Below, piece by piece: positions 51,002 to 61,820 of a DNA stretch of 64,000 nucleotides (within the stretch, counting starts at the first letter, position 1; the number at the start of each line of letters is the position of its first letter). A program made the translations under genes and the position numbers. Below the pieces are notes generated by a model. That model had not been told where the DNA came from. It saw only the letters and a program-made list of their open reading frames with translations, and did not search any database. This DNA is from Nitrospirota bacterium (GTDB lineage Bacteria > Nitrospirota > Nitrospiria > Nitrospirales > Nitrospiraceae): NCBI GenBank assembly GCA_963701855.1, contig CAVPBK010000006.1:1152001-1216000 (forward strand). Reading direction: 5' to 3'.

Positions 51002-51873
51002 AGCATGACGAAAGGACTGACAATCGACGCATTCTGGTCATCGACGACAATGTCTCAATCCATGAGGACTTTCGTAAGATCTTAGCGCCGCTGAAAGATT
51101 CTGACGCGCTCGAGCAGGCGCGGGCGGTCTTGTTCGGAGAGGCGCCAAGCCTTCCTTCACAGGTGAACTACGAGCTCGAGGTTGCGAGTCGGGGGCGAGA
51201 GGGGTGCGGTATGGTCCATACCGCTTGCGGAGAGGGCCGCCCCTATGCGATGGCCTTCGTGGACATGCGTATGCCGCCGGGGTGGGACGGTCTCGAAACG
51301 ATCGAGAATCTGTGGTATGTCGATCCCGACCTCGAGATCGTGATCTGCACTGCCTATTCCGATCATCCATGGGAAGATCTGAGTCGCCGAATCGGGAACA
51401 CCGATAAGCTGCTCATCCTGATGAAACCCTTCAACAGCATCGAAGTCGTCCAACTGGCAAATTCGCTCACGAAGAAATGGAACCTGACACGTTTGCTAAA
51501 GCTGCAGATTGAAAGCTTTAATTCCTCCGTGAGCCAGCGGGCGACCGACTTGCGTGAAGCGAACGACCGTCTCAAAACAAACATCGCCCAGAGAATCCAG
51601 GAGATTATGAAGGATCAACCTCAGAGCGATGTCTCGGCAGCGTTCCGTCAGAAAGAGGAGTTTTTAACGATTATGAGCCATGAAATACTCACGCCCATGA
51701 ATGAATTGGTCGACAAGGTGAGCCTGTTGTCTGACGGCCCGCTCAATCCTGGGCAGCAAGAGCACGTGACGACCATACAGAGATGCGCGCAAGATCTCCT
51801 TGCCCTCCACAACGACATGCACGAGTTCATGGCTGGCCGGAGACAAGAAGCTCGGACTGGAGGTCGTCAATGA
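50998..51873 (+). CDS. Response regulator: REC plus C-terminal HisKA-like helix pair without ATPase domain
   Basis: ILVIDDN, FVDMRMPPGWDG, CTAYSD, KPF; FLTIMSHEILTPMN; ATGA overlap with the kinase. Confidence 0.88.
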   Translation: MKHDERTDNRRILVIDDNVSIHEDFRKILAPLKDSDALEQARAVLFGEAPSLPSQVNYELEVASRGREGCGMVHTACGEGRPYAMAFVDMRMPPGWDGLETIENLWYVDPDLEIVICTAYSDHPWEDLSRRIGNTDKLLILMKPFNSIEVVQLANSLTKKWNLTRLLKLQIESFNSSVSQRATDLREANDRLKTNIAQRIQEIMKDQPQSDVSAAFRQKEEFLTIMSHEILTPMNELVDKVSLLSDGPLNPGQQEHVTTIQRCAQDLLALHNDMHEFMAGRRQEARTGGRQ

Positions 51874-51910
51874 TGACGGCTATCCCGTCGACGTGGGCAG
51901 AAAGAAATAC

Positions 51911-53167
51911 ATGACTAAGGATACCGATAATCAAAACCTTCGAGTCTTGGTCATCGATGACAACAAGGCTATCCACGATGACTTTCGAAAAATCCTTCAA
52001 GCGAAGGCCGAGGAGGAGAGTTTCGATCAAGCGCGGGCGGCGTTGTTCGGCGATCCGCCGCTCTCGGAGGCGTTCGAACGGTTCGAACTAGACTGCGTTG
52101 ATCAGGGGCAAGCCGGTCTCATCTTGATGCAGAGGGCACGGAATGAAGGCCGCCCGTATGCGGTGGCGTTTGTTGATATGAGGATGCCGCCCGGGTGGGA
52201 CGGCCTGGAAACTATCGAACGCCTCTGGAAAGAGGACGCAGGGCTTCAGGTGGTCATCTGTACAGCATATTCCGACCAACCGTGGGACGAAATCACAAAA
52301 CGTATTGGCCGGAATGACAAGTTGCTGATTCTTCAGAAACCGTTTAACAGCATTGAAGTGTCACAACTTGCTACCGCACTCTGTCGAAAATGGGATCTTT
52401 CACATGAGGTAGCAGGACAACTGAATGAATTGAGCAGACAGGTCGACAAACGCACGGCAGAACTCCAGGGCGCGAACGAGCTACTGACTCAATCCAATGC
52501 GGCCTTGGTGCGAACCGTGGCAGATCTTGAAGTGGCTCAAGCGGAAATTTTGCGACAAAACGTTGAACTGGAACGGCTCGCGTCTCGAGATCCGCTCACC
52601 GGATGTTTCAACCGCCGCGCCTTTTACGTGCAATTTGAGAAAGCTTTTGCTGAGAGTCGCGAACATAACTCCGAGCTGTACTGTCTGATGGTTGACATCG
52701 ACAATTTTAAACGTGTTAACGACCAATTTGGACATGCGGTGGGGGACCAGGCCATCCAAGCGGTAGCCAGCTGCCTGAGCGCCGGGCTGCGATTGACGGA
52801 CACCGTCGGTCGCTATGGCGGAGAGGAATTCTGTTTGATGTTCCCGCGCACCACGCTGGCAGAAGCCTCTAATCTGGCAGAACGTCTTCGGATTCAGGTC
52901 GAAACAGAGGCTGGGGACAGGGTGCGAACGGTATCCCGTTTGGTAATCACAGTGAGTTGCGGTATTTCATCTACAGCACTTGGAGCGCGAACGCCTTTGG
53001 AGCTGATTGATCAAGCGGACAAGGCTCTCTATGCGGCCAAGGAAGGTGGGCGCAATTGTGTCATGGCTCTTGATCCGATTATCGCCGGGGCGAACGCATC
53101 CGATCAGCTTGAGCCGCAAGTCAGGCGGATCACTTCACGGGTGTCGAGCCCATCGGCGTCCCGGTAA
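51911..53167 (+). CDS. REC-GGDEF diguanylate cyclase
   Basis: REC paralogous to the upstream gene; DPLTGCFNRR, DIDNFK.VND.FGH..GD, RLTD I-site, GGEEF. Confidence 0.93.
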   Translation: MTKDTDNQNLRVLVIDDNKAIHDDFRKILQAKAEEESFDQARAALFGDPPLSEAFERFELDCVDQGQAGLILMQRARNEGRPYAVAFVDMRMPPGWDGLETIERLWKEDAGLQVVICTAYSDQPWDEITKRIGRNDKLLILQKPFNSIEVSQLATALCRKWDLSHEVAGQLNELSRQVDKRTAELQGANELLTQSNAALVRTVADLEVAQAEILRQNVELERLASRDPLTGCFNRRAFYVQFEKAFAESREHNSELYCLMVDIDNFKRVNDQFGHAVGDQAIQAVASCLSAGLRLTDTVGRYGGEEFCLMFPRTTLAEASNLAERLRIQVETEAGDRVRTVSRLVITVSCGISSTALGARTPLELIDQADKALYAAKEGGRNCVMALDPIIAGANASDQLEPQVRRITSRVSSPSASR

Positions 53168-53628
53168 CGGAGTTTTGCACTGTTGCCGATGTGAGGCAGC
53201 AGAACCCGATCGGTTCTGCCGACAACCGTCGTATTTCATATCGCGCTCATCCAGACAGATTCGACAATCTCGAAATCGTGTGTCAATTGTCCGCAATGCC
53301 GAAGTCCGCCTTCTTGGCATTAGAACGTCGGTCTAGACCCTGAAGCACGAGGTCATCAAATACTCTACGACGTATGCACTCTTCACCCTGGACGCATGAC
53401 TATCCATGCAACCGCGACGAGGAGAGAGGGATTTCTGGCTGGCCGGGCGGTTTCCACAATTGTGTGTGCTGACAGCGAGGGGCACCGATGAAAACCCCGT
53501 TTCTCTCAACATGGCTTCCGCACGGAACCTTCGATTTCTTGACAGAGAGAAAGAGATCGTCTATCCGTGGACAAGAGAGGCTGGTCTGTCGGCAAGTCAG
53601 AGCGAGAGAATGAGAAAGAACAGATGAT

Positions 53629-54147
53629 ATGAGCCGCATCCTTAGTTGCCCGCGGTGCCAGAAGAATGGCCTTTTGCGGTCTCACCCGCAATCGCCACGC
53701 GAGCACCTCGCCTCCATCCTTTTCGTGGCACCATTCCGCTGTCCATCTTGCAGTCACCGCTTTCTGGCGTCCCGTCTTTGGCTGGACCATTCCACGCATC
53801 CAATTGATCGACGCGAACACCTCAGGATTCCAGTGCGACTCTATCTCTCGTTCTCCGGGGGCAAGGTTCGTGGCGAGGGAACAGTGCTTGATCTTTCGAT
53901 GGGTGGCTGTATCATCAAGAGTGAAACACAGGTTCATACGAACGACATCTTCTATCTACAACTGTCCCTTGACGACACCGACCCTCCTCTTGAAGTAGCC
54001 GGGATGGTCCATTCTGTAAGCGCTCGTGGCATCGCCTTCAAGTTCCTTAGAGCTGCGCAAGAGAATAAGCGCCTGCTCACTTTTGTCCAAGCCCAGACGC
54101 AGGATCCGTCGGTCAAATCCTCGGACAAAGTTGTCGTTGCCGCCTGA
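53629..54147 (+). CDS. Zn-ribbon + PilZ domain protein
   Basis: CPRC...CPSC, then RREHLR and DLSMGG c-di-GMP-binding motifs. Confidence 0.88.
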   Translation: MSRILSCPRCQKNGLLRSHPQSPREHLASILFVAPFRCPSCSHRFLASRLWLDHSTHPIDRREHLRIPVRLYLSFSGGKVRGEGTVLDLSMGGCIIKSETQVHTNDIFYLQLSLDDTDPPLEVAGMVHSVSARGIAFKFLRAAQENKRLLTFVQAQTQDPSVKSSDKVVVAA

Positions 54148-54348
54148 ACAGGCCGGCGGATCCCTTGTCCACCATACCATCACCAACCGAACAGGATTCG
54201 ACGCGAATAGCGGGCTTGCTCAAATCGGCCGTTCAGCGATCCGTGAGACGTTTTGGAGAAAGAGCACTCGGACGTCACACGATTATATCGTTCACGGTTC
54301 TTGCGGTAGCCGCAACGAACGTAGTCGGGGGACTTTTTCGGCATCCTG

Positions 54349-54654
54349 CTATGTTGGAGTTTCCCAAGCAGAATGAAGCGGATGGCTGTTGATCAGTTCC
54401 TCGTGTGCGGCAAGGTCATAGGGTTCAATGGTGAGGTCGTGCTCATTGAGCGGCTCCGGGCAGGCAGGAGAACAGAGGTAGGTGCGATAGGATTCAGCTT
54501 TCTCCTTCGTGGCAAATCGGCACAGCCCATATTCCGGCATCCCGGATGAGGGATACCAAAATGCCAACTCAATCGCACTTCCTTGGTAGGTGCCGAGGGT
54601 GCGATGGTTTATCTGAAACCCGCCTGGTAGATGTGAAGAGGGCTCAAGCGACAT
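54349..54654 (-). CDS. Hypothetical protein
   Basis: ORF with GGAGG upstream of MSLEPS; no recognised family. Confidence 0.5.
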   Translation of the reverse strand: MSLEPSSHLPGGFQINHRTLGTYQGSAIELAFWYPSSGMPEYGLCRFATKEKAESYRTYLCSPACPEPLNEHDLTIEPYDLAAHEELINSHPLHSAWETPT

Positions 54655-54743
54655 CGGGCGGCCTTGCCTCCGTATCATAATGGTTTTTCTCATGATAGCA
54701 TGAGCGGTACCCAGCATTATAGATCAGCGCAAGGGGAAGGAGG

Positions 54744-55352
54744 ATGGCCATGGGCAGCCGCAGTTCTGTATTCACCGCCATTGCGATCACGGTGTTGTTT
54801 GTCGGACTCCCTGGGTGCGGCTACAACGATCTCCAGGGATTAGACGAAGACACCAAGGCCGCCTGGAGCGAAGTGGTCAATCAGTACCAGCGGAGGGCCG
54901 ATCTGATCCCGAACCTGGTTGCTACAGTGAAAGGCTATGCTGCGCATGAGAAGGAGACGCTCGAAGGGGTAGTGCAGGCGCGGGCACAAGCCACGGGGAT
55001 TCAAGTGACGCCTGAAACGTTAAGAGATCCAGCCGTTTTCGAACAATTCCAAAAGGCGCAGGCCGGCCTCACCTCGGCATTGGGCCGCCTCATCGCCATT
55101 GCAGAGAATTATCCCAATCTGAAAGCCGATCAGAACTTTCGTGATCTCCAGAGCCAACTCGAAGGGACGGAGAATCGCATTGCCGTCGCGCGCAAGCGCT
55201 ACATTGAGAAAGTGGCGGAATATAACAAAGGCGTCCGCTATTTCCCTACGAACCTGACGGCCAAGTATATGCTTCACATGGAGGAGAAACCGAATTTCAC
55301 CGTGGCAGATGAGAAAGCTGTGGCGAAGCCGCCCGAAGTCAAATTCAACTGA
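54744..55352 (+). CDS. lemA: LemA family lipoprotein
   Basis: GCGYN, QYQRRADLIPNLV, ENYPNLKA, LEGTENRI. Confidence 0.95.
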   Translation: MAMGSRSSVFTAIAITVLFVGLPGCGYNDLQGLDEDTKAAWSEVVNQYQRRADLIPNLVATVKGYAAHEKETLEGVVQARAQATGIQVTPETLRDPAVFEQFQKAQAGLTSALGRLIAIAENYPNLKADQNFRDLQSQLEGTENRIAVARKRYIEKVAEYNKGVRYFPTNLTAKYMLHMEEKPNFTVADEKAVAKPPEVKFN

Positions 55353-55380
55353 GTTCATGCAGTCGATGGAAACCCTTAAT

Positions 55381-56268
55381 ATGAGCCGTGTCTGGCGAGA
55401 GCCGGCGCGGCTCATGGTTTTTATCGGGGTGATGCTCATGGCGGCCCCGGCCTGGGCACTCGACGTGCCGCCACTCACAGGACATGTCGTGGACCTCGCG
55501 CAGGTGCTGCCAGCCAATGTTGCCGCCTCACTCACACGCGATCTCGAAGCCCACGAAGCAAAGACCAGCAATCAAGTTGCCGTCCTGACACTTCCCTCAC
55601 TCGAAGGCGAACCACTCGAAACCTTCTCCCATCGCGTTGCGACCACCTGGAAGCTCGGCCAGAAGGGAACGGAGAACGGCGTATTGCTGCTTCTCGCCCT
55701 GCGTGAGCGAAAGGTTCGTATCGAAGTGGGCTATGGTCTGGAAGGGGCCTTGACAGATCTCCGTTCCGCCCACATCATTCGGCAGGAAATCGTGCCACGG
55801 TTTCGAAGCGGAGATCTGCCGGGCGGCATAGCCGCAGGGGTCAAGGCCATTCTCGATACCATTGAAGGCACCTACAAGGCTGAAGAGGTGCTGCCGGGTC
55901 GCGACCGTTCCGGCCAAGAGCCGACTGCGTTTGAGTATATGATCATCGGGATCGTCGTCGGAACCCTGGCCGGTATCGTGTTAAGCCACGGACTTCAACG
56001 CACCCGTGCATTGATCGGGAGCCTGCTCGCATTCCTCGTCGCGCAATTTGCGAGTGTGGGATTAGGGCTTGCCGCAGCCGGGATAACGGCTTTCTTACTT
56101 TGGTTGATGCTGCAAGCGAATCGCGGCGGAGGCCGGCGTGGAGGGTGGGGAGATGGTGTTGTGATGGGCCCGGGCGGGGGATTCGGTGGTTCATTTGGTA
56201 GTGGCGGGGGCGGATTCAGCGGCGGGGGCGGTTCATTCGGCGGCGGCGGGGCCTCAGGAGGTTGGTAG
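55381..56268 (+). CDS. TPM domain protein (YgcG-like)
   Basis: VVDLAQVL, WKLGQKG..NGVLLL, RIEVGYGLEGALTD, Gly-rich tail GGGGASGGW. Confidence 0.92.
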   Translation: MSRVWREPARLMVFIGVMLMAAPAWALDVPPLTGHVVDLAQVLPANVAASLTRDLEAHEAKTSNQVAVLTLPSLEGEPLETFSHRVATTWKLGQKGTENGVLLLLALRERKVRIEVGYGLEGALTDLRSAHIIRQEIVPRFRSGDLPGGIAAGVKAILDTIEGTYKAEEVLPGRDRSGQEPTAFEYMIIGIVVGTLAGIVLSHGLQRTRALIGSLLAFLVAQFASVGLGLAAAGITAFLLWLMLQANRGGGRRGGWGDGVVMGPGGGFGGSFGSGGGGFSGGGGSFGGGGASGGW

Positions 56269-56916
56269 ATGAAGCCTTTCACCGACGGAGAACGAGAACG
56301 GATTAAGCAAGCGGTTCAACAAGCCGAACGGGTCACGAAGGGCGAGATTGTGCCGATGATTGTCCCGTCCTCGGCGCTGTATCGCGAAGCCGGCTATCGA
56401 ACGGGACTCATCCTCGCGCTGCTCACTCTGGCCCTCCTGCTGACGATCGAAATCTACTGGCTGCCCTGGGGGTGGCACGCAGGCAACGCGGGCTGGCTGT
56501 TGTTGGCGGTTGTTGCGTCGTATGGACTCGGGCAATGGATTGGCAAGGCTCCGCTTATCGTCCGCCTCGTCACGTCGCGCGAGCGCATGGCGCATAAAGT
56601 GACCCTCCGCGCCGAGCAGGCATTCTACAAGCACGGGTTGCACAACACACAAAGCCGTACAGGAATCCTGATCCTTGTCTCGATGCTGGAGCGGCGCGTG
56701 CACGTATTGGCGGACAAAGGCATTAACGACCACGTCCCAGTCGGCACCTGGGATAAACTGGTCAACGGCATCCTCGACGGCATTCGAACGGGGCAAGCGA
56801 CCGACGCCATCTGTGCGGCGATTGCAAAGTGCGGGATCCTCCTCGCAGAAGTCAGTCCTGTAGATTCTGGAGAAAACCTCAATGAGCTGCCGGACACGTT
56901 GATTCAAGAACCATAA
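56269..56916 (+). CDS. TPM/DUF477-like membrane protein
   Basis: AERVTKGEIVP, RTGILILVS..ERRVHVLADKGI, NELPD. Confidence 0.88.
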   Translation: MKPFTDGERERIKQAVQQAERVTKGEIVPMIVPSSALYREAGYRTGLILALLTLALLLTIEIYWLPWGWHAGNAGWLLLAVVASYGLGQWIGKAPLIVRLVTSRERMAHKVTLRAEQAFYKHGLHNTQSRTGILILVSMLERRVHVLADKGINDHVPVGTWDKLVNGILDGIRTGQATDAICAAIAKCGILLAEVSPVDSGENLNELPDTLIQEP

Positions 56917-56967
56917 TCCTGGGCTTGATAGACTGCCCGGCATCGTTCCGCTAGAATCCCTATATTC

Positions 56968-58581
56968 ATGTCCGATCCTACGAGGGTATCCCAAGCTCCA
57001 GCGAATACGCAGGACGAGACTCGCTCGGTGGTCAAAGCGGCCGGTGTGATCGGCGTGGCCACCTTCTCCAGTCGAATCCTCGGGTTCATCCGCGACATGG
57101 TGTTGGCGAGAATTTTTGGCGCGACACCCGCGGCAGATGCTTTCTTCGTGGCCTATCGTGTCCCCAACTTGCTTCGAGAGCTATTTGCGGAAGGGTCAAT
57201 GTCTTCCGCCTTCATTCCTGTTTTCACGGAATATCAGACGCTCAAGTCGAAACAAGACGCCTGGGAACTGGCAAGCGCCGTCTTTACCACGCTGCTTACA
57301 ATTGTGACTGGTATCACGATCCTGGGCATGATCCTCGCGTCCGGAATCGTCTGGCTCTTGGCGCCGGGATTTCATGACGATCCAGCGAAGCTGGGCATGA
57401 CGACATTGCTCACGCAGATCATGTTCCCCTATCTGATCTTTATCAGCCTGGCCGCGCTGGCGATGGGCATCCTGAATTCCATGCGCGCCTTTGCAGCGCC
57501 GGCGTTCTCGCCGGTGTTCTTCAATATTTTTATCATCGGCTGCGCGATTTTTTTATCGCCGACGATGCCGGAGCCTATCCTCGGCGTGGCCATCGGAGTC
57601 GTGGTGGGAGGTGCGGCGCAGTTTGCCATGCAGTTGCCCGGCTTGCATCTGCGTGGGATGCTGTTCGGATTTCGGTTCAAACCAAGCCATCCCGGCTTAC
57701 GGCGGATCGGCGCGCTGATGGTGCCGTCGCTTCTCGGTCTCTCCGTGACCCAGATCAACATTACCGTGAGCACGATCCTGGCCTCCTTCTTTGCGGGTGG
57801 GCCGACCTATCTCTTCTTCGGTATGCGGTTGATTCAGTTTCCACTCGGGATTTTTGGTGTGGCATTGGCCACGGCCATTTTGCCGACACTCTCGGCGCAG
57901 GCCGCGCGCGGGGCGCTGGATGAATTGCGGACGACGTTGGGATTCGGTCTTCGCATGATCTTCTTTATCATCCTGCCGGCGATGCTGGGACTCATCCTTT
58001 TACGTCAGCCGATCGTCCATCTGTTCTTCGAGCACGGGACTTTTACGGCACACGATACAGCCGAGACCGCATTGGCGGTGCTCTGTTATTCTGTCGGCCT
58101 CTGGGCCTTCGGAGGCGTCCGCATCATTGTCTCAGCCTTCTACTCGCTGCAGGACACGCGCACGCCGGCTATTTCCGCGGCCATCGCTATTACAGCCAAC
58201 CTCGCCTTCTCGGTTCTGCTGATGTCGTCTCTTGGCGCGGCTGGCCTGGCCTTGGCCACAGCTTTGGCGGCGATGGTCAATGGAGGCATTTTGGTCGCGG
58301 TGCTGCACCGCCGGTTAGGCGGCGTGGAGTGGGGCTCTGTGGGACGATCATTGCTGCGTGTGCTGATCGCGTCTGTGCCGTTGGTGGTGATTTGCGCCTG
58401 GGTGGCAACAGCGCAGCTCTGGACTCATCCTGGTGAATGGATTGAAAAATCGGCCATGCTCGCCATGGCCATCGGATTGAGCGTGAGCGGTTATCTAGGT
58501 GTCCATACCTTGCTGCGATCAGAAGAACTTGGTCTGGTCTGGGGAATGGTCAGACGGAAACTCAAGCGAGGAACAGTCTGA
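56968..58581 (+). CDS. murJ: Lipid II flippase MurJ (MviN)
   Basis: SRILGFIRD, PNLLRELFAEG, RLIQFPLGIFG, FYSLQDTRTP. Confidence 0.97.
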   Translation: MSDPTRVSQAPANTQDETRSVVKAAGVIGVATFSSRILGFIRDMVLARIFGATPAADAFFVAYRVPNLLRELFAEGSMSSAFIPVFTEYQTLKSKQDAWELASAVFTTLLTIVTGITILGMILASGIVWLLAPGFHDDPAKLGMTTLLTQIMFPYLIFISLAALAMGILNSMRAFAAPAFSPVFFNIFIIGCAIFLSPTMPEPILGVAIGVVVGGAAQFAMQLPGLHLRGMLFGFRFKPSHPGLRRIGALMVPSLLGLSVTQINITVSTILASFFAGGPTYLFFGMRLIQFPLGIFGVALATAILPTLSAQAARGALDELRTTLGFGLRMIFFIILPAMLGLILLRQPIVHLFFEHGTFTAHDTAETALAVLCYSVGLWAFGGVRIIVSAFYSLQDTRTPAISAAIAITANLAFSVLLMSSLGAAGLALATALAAMVNGGILVAVLHRRLGGVEWGSVGRSLLRVLIASVPLVVICAWVATAQLWTHPGEWIEKSAMLAMAIGLSVSGYLGVHTLLRSEELGLVWGMVRRKLKRGTV

Positions 58582-58584
58582 GCC

Positions 58585-59163
58585 ATGGGCAAGAGACAAC
58601 CTTCGCTCAAACGTCTGACGCCTGATACCGCACACATCACAACCTGCGTTTTTCATACGCCATGGGGTTGGATGGGCATGTCCGAAACGACGAAAGGGAT
58701 CAACGCGGTGGTGTTGCCGAAGGCGTCGCGCCAGGCCGTGCTGTCCGAGTTGCAAGCGGCTTCAGCCGCGCTGCTTGGCACCCAGGTCTCTCCACGATTG
58801 CGGAAGGCGCAGGCACAATTGATTGGCTATTTGGCCGGAACGCGCAGGTCCTTCGATCTGCCGCTGGACCTCTCACGCGGAACAAGGTTTCAGCAGAGGG
58901 TCTGGCGGATTCTTCACCGCATCTCTTACGGCCGGCTTCGGTCCTATCAATGGGTGGCTGCCAGTGTTGGAGGCAGACAGTATGCCCGCGCTGTCGGCAA
59001 TGCCGTGGGGGCGAATCCAATGCCGATCGTGATTCCTTGCCATCGCATTGTGGCACAGGATGGGTCGCTCGGAGGATTTTCAGGAGGTTTGCCCACGAAA
59101 CGAAAGCTGCTCGCTCTCGAAGGAACCCTGGCTGCGCTTCGACCGGGACGATCGTCAGGATGA
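58585..59163 (+). CDS. ogt: Methylated-DNA--protein-cysteine methyltransferase
   Basis: [26 protein letters not shown]. Confidence 0.93.
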   Translation: MGKRQPSLKRLTPDTAHITTCVFHTPWGWMGMSETTKGINAVVLPKASRQAVLSELQAASAALLGTQVSPRLRKAQAQLIGYLAGTRRSFDLPLDLSRGTRFQQRVWRILHRISYGRLRSYQWVAASVGGRQYARAVGNAVGANPMPIVIPCHRIVAQDGSLGGFSGGLPTKRKLLALEGTLAALRPGRSSG

Positions 59164-59609
59164 AGGCCGTGATTCAGCGGGTGACGAAAGCGTCGGTTCA
59201 GATTGAGGGCCAGACCGTAGGACAGATCGAATCCGGCCTCCTGGTATTGTTGGGCATAGCAAAGGGCGATGGGGAGACCGACGGACGGTATCTCGTTGAG
59301 AAGCTTCGTATGCTCCGGATCTTTTCTGATCAGCAGGGGAAGATGAATCGTTCGTTGGCGGACATCGGGGGATCGGTCCTTCTGGTTTCTCAGTTTACCT
59401 TACTGGGCAGGACGGCGAATGGCCGTCGTCCGAGTTTTGATGAGGCAGCGTCCCCGGATGAAGCCAAGCGATTATATGACCAAGTCGTAGCAGGGTTACG
59501 AGATCAGGGTACTCATGTGGAAACCGGGGTTTTCGCCGCGCACATGCAGGTCGAATTGCTGAACGACGGGCCGGTGACTTTTGTGCTGGACAGCCGTGAA
59601 AGGAGCTAG
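59160..59609 (+). CDS. dtd: D-aminoacyl-tRNA deacylase
   Basis: [26 protein letters not shown]. Confidence 0.96.
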   Translation: MKAVIQRVTKASVQIEGQTVGQIESGLLVLLGIAKGDGETDGRYLVEKLRMLRIFSDQQGKMNRSLADIGGSVLLVSQFTLLGRTANGRRPSFDEAASPDEAKRLYDQVVAGLRDQGTHVETGVFAAHMQVELLNDGPVTFVLDSRERS

Positions 59610-59766
59610 CAGACTGTTGAAAAAGCCTGCGGGCTCTGCTGATTCCGATCTATACTCAAGTCTGTTTCATGAAGACCGATAGAAGGATCATAGTGGCGGC
59701 ATCGGCACATCGACCATTGTCTGCTATACTGAGATAACACGTTATCGGAATGTGTGAGAGGTGGAT

Positions 59767-60333
59767 ATGAGAACGCAAGTTCCGCCACGACATCCGCTCC
59801 GTCAGCTGTTCGGCGCCCTGACCGAGAAGAGTTTCACGGAACATCTCGGGTGGCCAGACCTCAACGTCACCAGCTACGTCTCCAACCTGCTTGTCGACTT
59901 TACCCACAGCGACCAACTGTATAAAATCAGAAATCAGCAAGACCAACCAGTCGATACGGTGGTGGATCTCTTGTTTGAATCGGAAGTGTTGCTCGAAGCG
60001 CAGTCAATGGATCGTGAACGGGACGTGCATCAGCATATCGGCGATTTCACGCTCTTCATGGCGGGACTGTTTCCGGAATATCTGCGCCGCCTCAAGACAA
60101 CCGGATTGATCTACCACAAGGATTTCCTCGTGGACTATATGAAGACGGGAAAACGCTCCTATGGGATTGTCGCTCGAATGGCTGACAGCCCGTCAGGAGA
60201 AGAGCCTCCTCTGTTCAGAAAACTCTCCGACAACTTCGAGCTCTGTGTCACCGGCCTTGGATTCGTGCGGTCCGATCTGGATCGCATGAAAGATCCGGCG
60301 TACCGGCAGGCTCGGAAGCTTCTCCTCAATTGA
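59767..60333 (+). CDS. Conserved hypothetical protein
   Basis: Well-formed ORF with HIGDFTLFMAGLFPE and DY...GKRSY; overlaps next gene. Confidence 0.75.
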   Translation: MRTQVPPRHPLRQLFGALTEKSFTEHLGWPDLNVTSYVSNLLVDFTHSDQLYKIRNQQDQPVDTVVDLLFESEVLLEAQSMDRERDVHQHIGDFTLFMAGLFPEYLRRLKTTGLIYHKDFLVDYMKTGKRSYGIVARMADSPSGEEPPLFRKLSDNFELCVTGLGFVRSDLDRMKDPAYRQARKLLLN

Positions 60334-61138
60334 CCAGTTCCCGTCCTCTCATTCTTGCCCATGGAGGCGCCGGTTCCCGGCGTATGACGCCGGCGCAGGC
60401 CACTTGTTTGGCCGAAGCGCTCGTCATGGGCTACGCCATTCTTGAGCAGGGCCGTCCCGCCGTCATCGCCGTCGAACATACGATCGGTCTCCTGGAGCAA
60501 TCGGGGCTATTCAATGCGGGACGAGGAGCGAATCGTCAGCTGGATGGGGTACAGCGGATGGATGCCGCGATCATGGAAGGGGCCCAACTCAAAGCCGGAG
60601 CTGTCGCCTCGATCGAAGGAATCGCGCATCCGATTACGGCGGCCAGATTGGTCATGGAAGAGACGGACCATGTTCTATTAGTCGGACCGTTCGCAGGCAA
60701 ATTTGCGCAGCATTTCAAACTCGACCGGCATCGTTCCACCGGCGCGCCTCGCCGCCTCTCCTACGACCGGATTCTCGCAAGACAGAAACGTTCAACAGCA
60801 GAACGGCACGGGACCGTCGGCGCCGTTGCCTTGGATCGGTCCGGGACAGTGGCGGCAGGGGCCTCGACCGGGGGCATCGATTCAATGTTGCCGGGCGGGT
60901 TGGCGACAGTCCGCTCATCGGGTGTGGAGTCTACGCGGACAATCAGAGCGGTGCGGTGTCGATGACGGGAATCGGCGAAGGCATCATCCGCCTTGTGATC
61001 GCCAAGAGTATCTGCGATCATCTGGCTATGGAGAAGAGCCCCGCGGTCGCCGCTCGACAGGTGTTGCGGATGCTCGTGTCTCGGATCCGTGGGTCGGCTG
61101 GAGCCTTAGTCCTCTCGCCGGACGGGCGATTTGCCATA
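60330..61138 (+). pseudogene. iaaA: Isoaspartyl peptidase/L-asparaginase (IaaA-like), frameshifted near 60895 and 3'-truncated
   Basis: ILAHGGAG, FNAGRG, MDAAIM, HGTVGAVALD (catalytic Thr). PG-RVGDSPLIGCGVYAD needs one missing base. Confidence 0.85.
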
Positions 61139-61741
61139 ACGACCTTTGCGCCGCTCCAGCGTCCAGTCCGCGACTATGCGACACAAAAAAATGTCCTGGA
61201 CTCCCTCCGCAAAGCATTGCTTCGTCAACTCACGGTCGTGCTGCGCGGCTACCAGAAGCCAGGAGCAGGGCACTCGAAGGACTATCTGGTAGACCCCTAT
61301 TCGCTGGTCCTGTATCAGTACGGCCTATATCTCGTTGGCTATTCGCATCGCGCAAGAGAGATCAGAACATTCGCAGTGGAGCGAATCAAGAGCGTCGAGG
61401 TCACCGAGGACATGTTCGAGCTTCCCCAATCCTTTTCCCTTGCGGAGCGCTTCGATCAAGGGTTCGGCCTGATCGAGGAGCCACCGCAGGAAGTGAAGAT
61501 CTGGATCTCTCGCGATTGGGCGTATTTCGTCAAAGAACGAAGCTGGCATCCAACCCAGATCCTTCATCCCCAGAAGGATGGCTCTGTGATCCTGACCATG
61601 CGGTGCGGCGGCTTAGACGAGCTCACCGCCTGGGTTCTTTCCTTCGGGCCAGGGGCTCGGGTGCTCGCCCCGCAAGCGTTGATCGACAATGTGTCCAGCC
61701 AACTGACGTTAGCAGCCAAGCCGTATCAATCCTCCCGCTAG
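61139..61741 (+). pseudogene. WYL-WCX domain fragment (PafBC-like regulator lacking N-terminal HTH)
   Basis: VDPYSLVLYQYGLYLVGY...IRTFAVERIKSV (WYL) and WHPTQ...WVLSFGPGARVLAP (WCX); no own start. Confidence 0.85.
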
Positions 61742-61820
61742 CAATTTTCAACGACCAGCGACCTATTCTGTCGCACCCTCGTGCTAGGTTCCCTTCACGC
61801 ACACATGAGGGAGGGAAACC

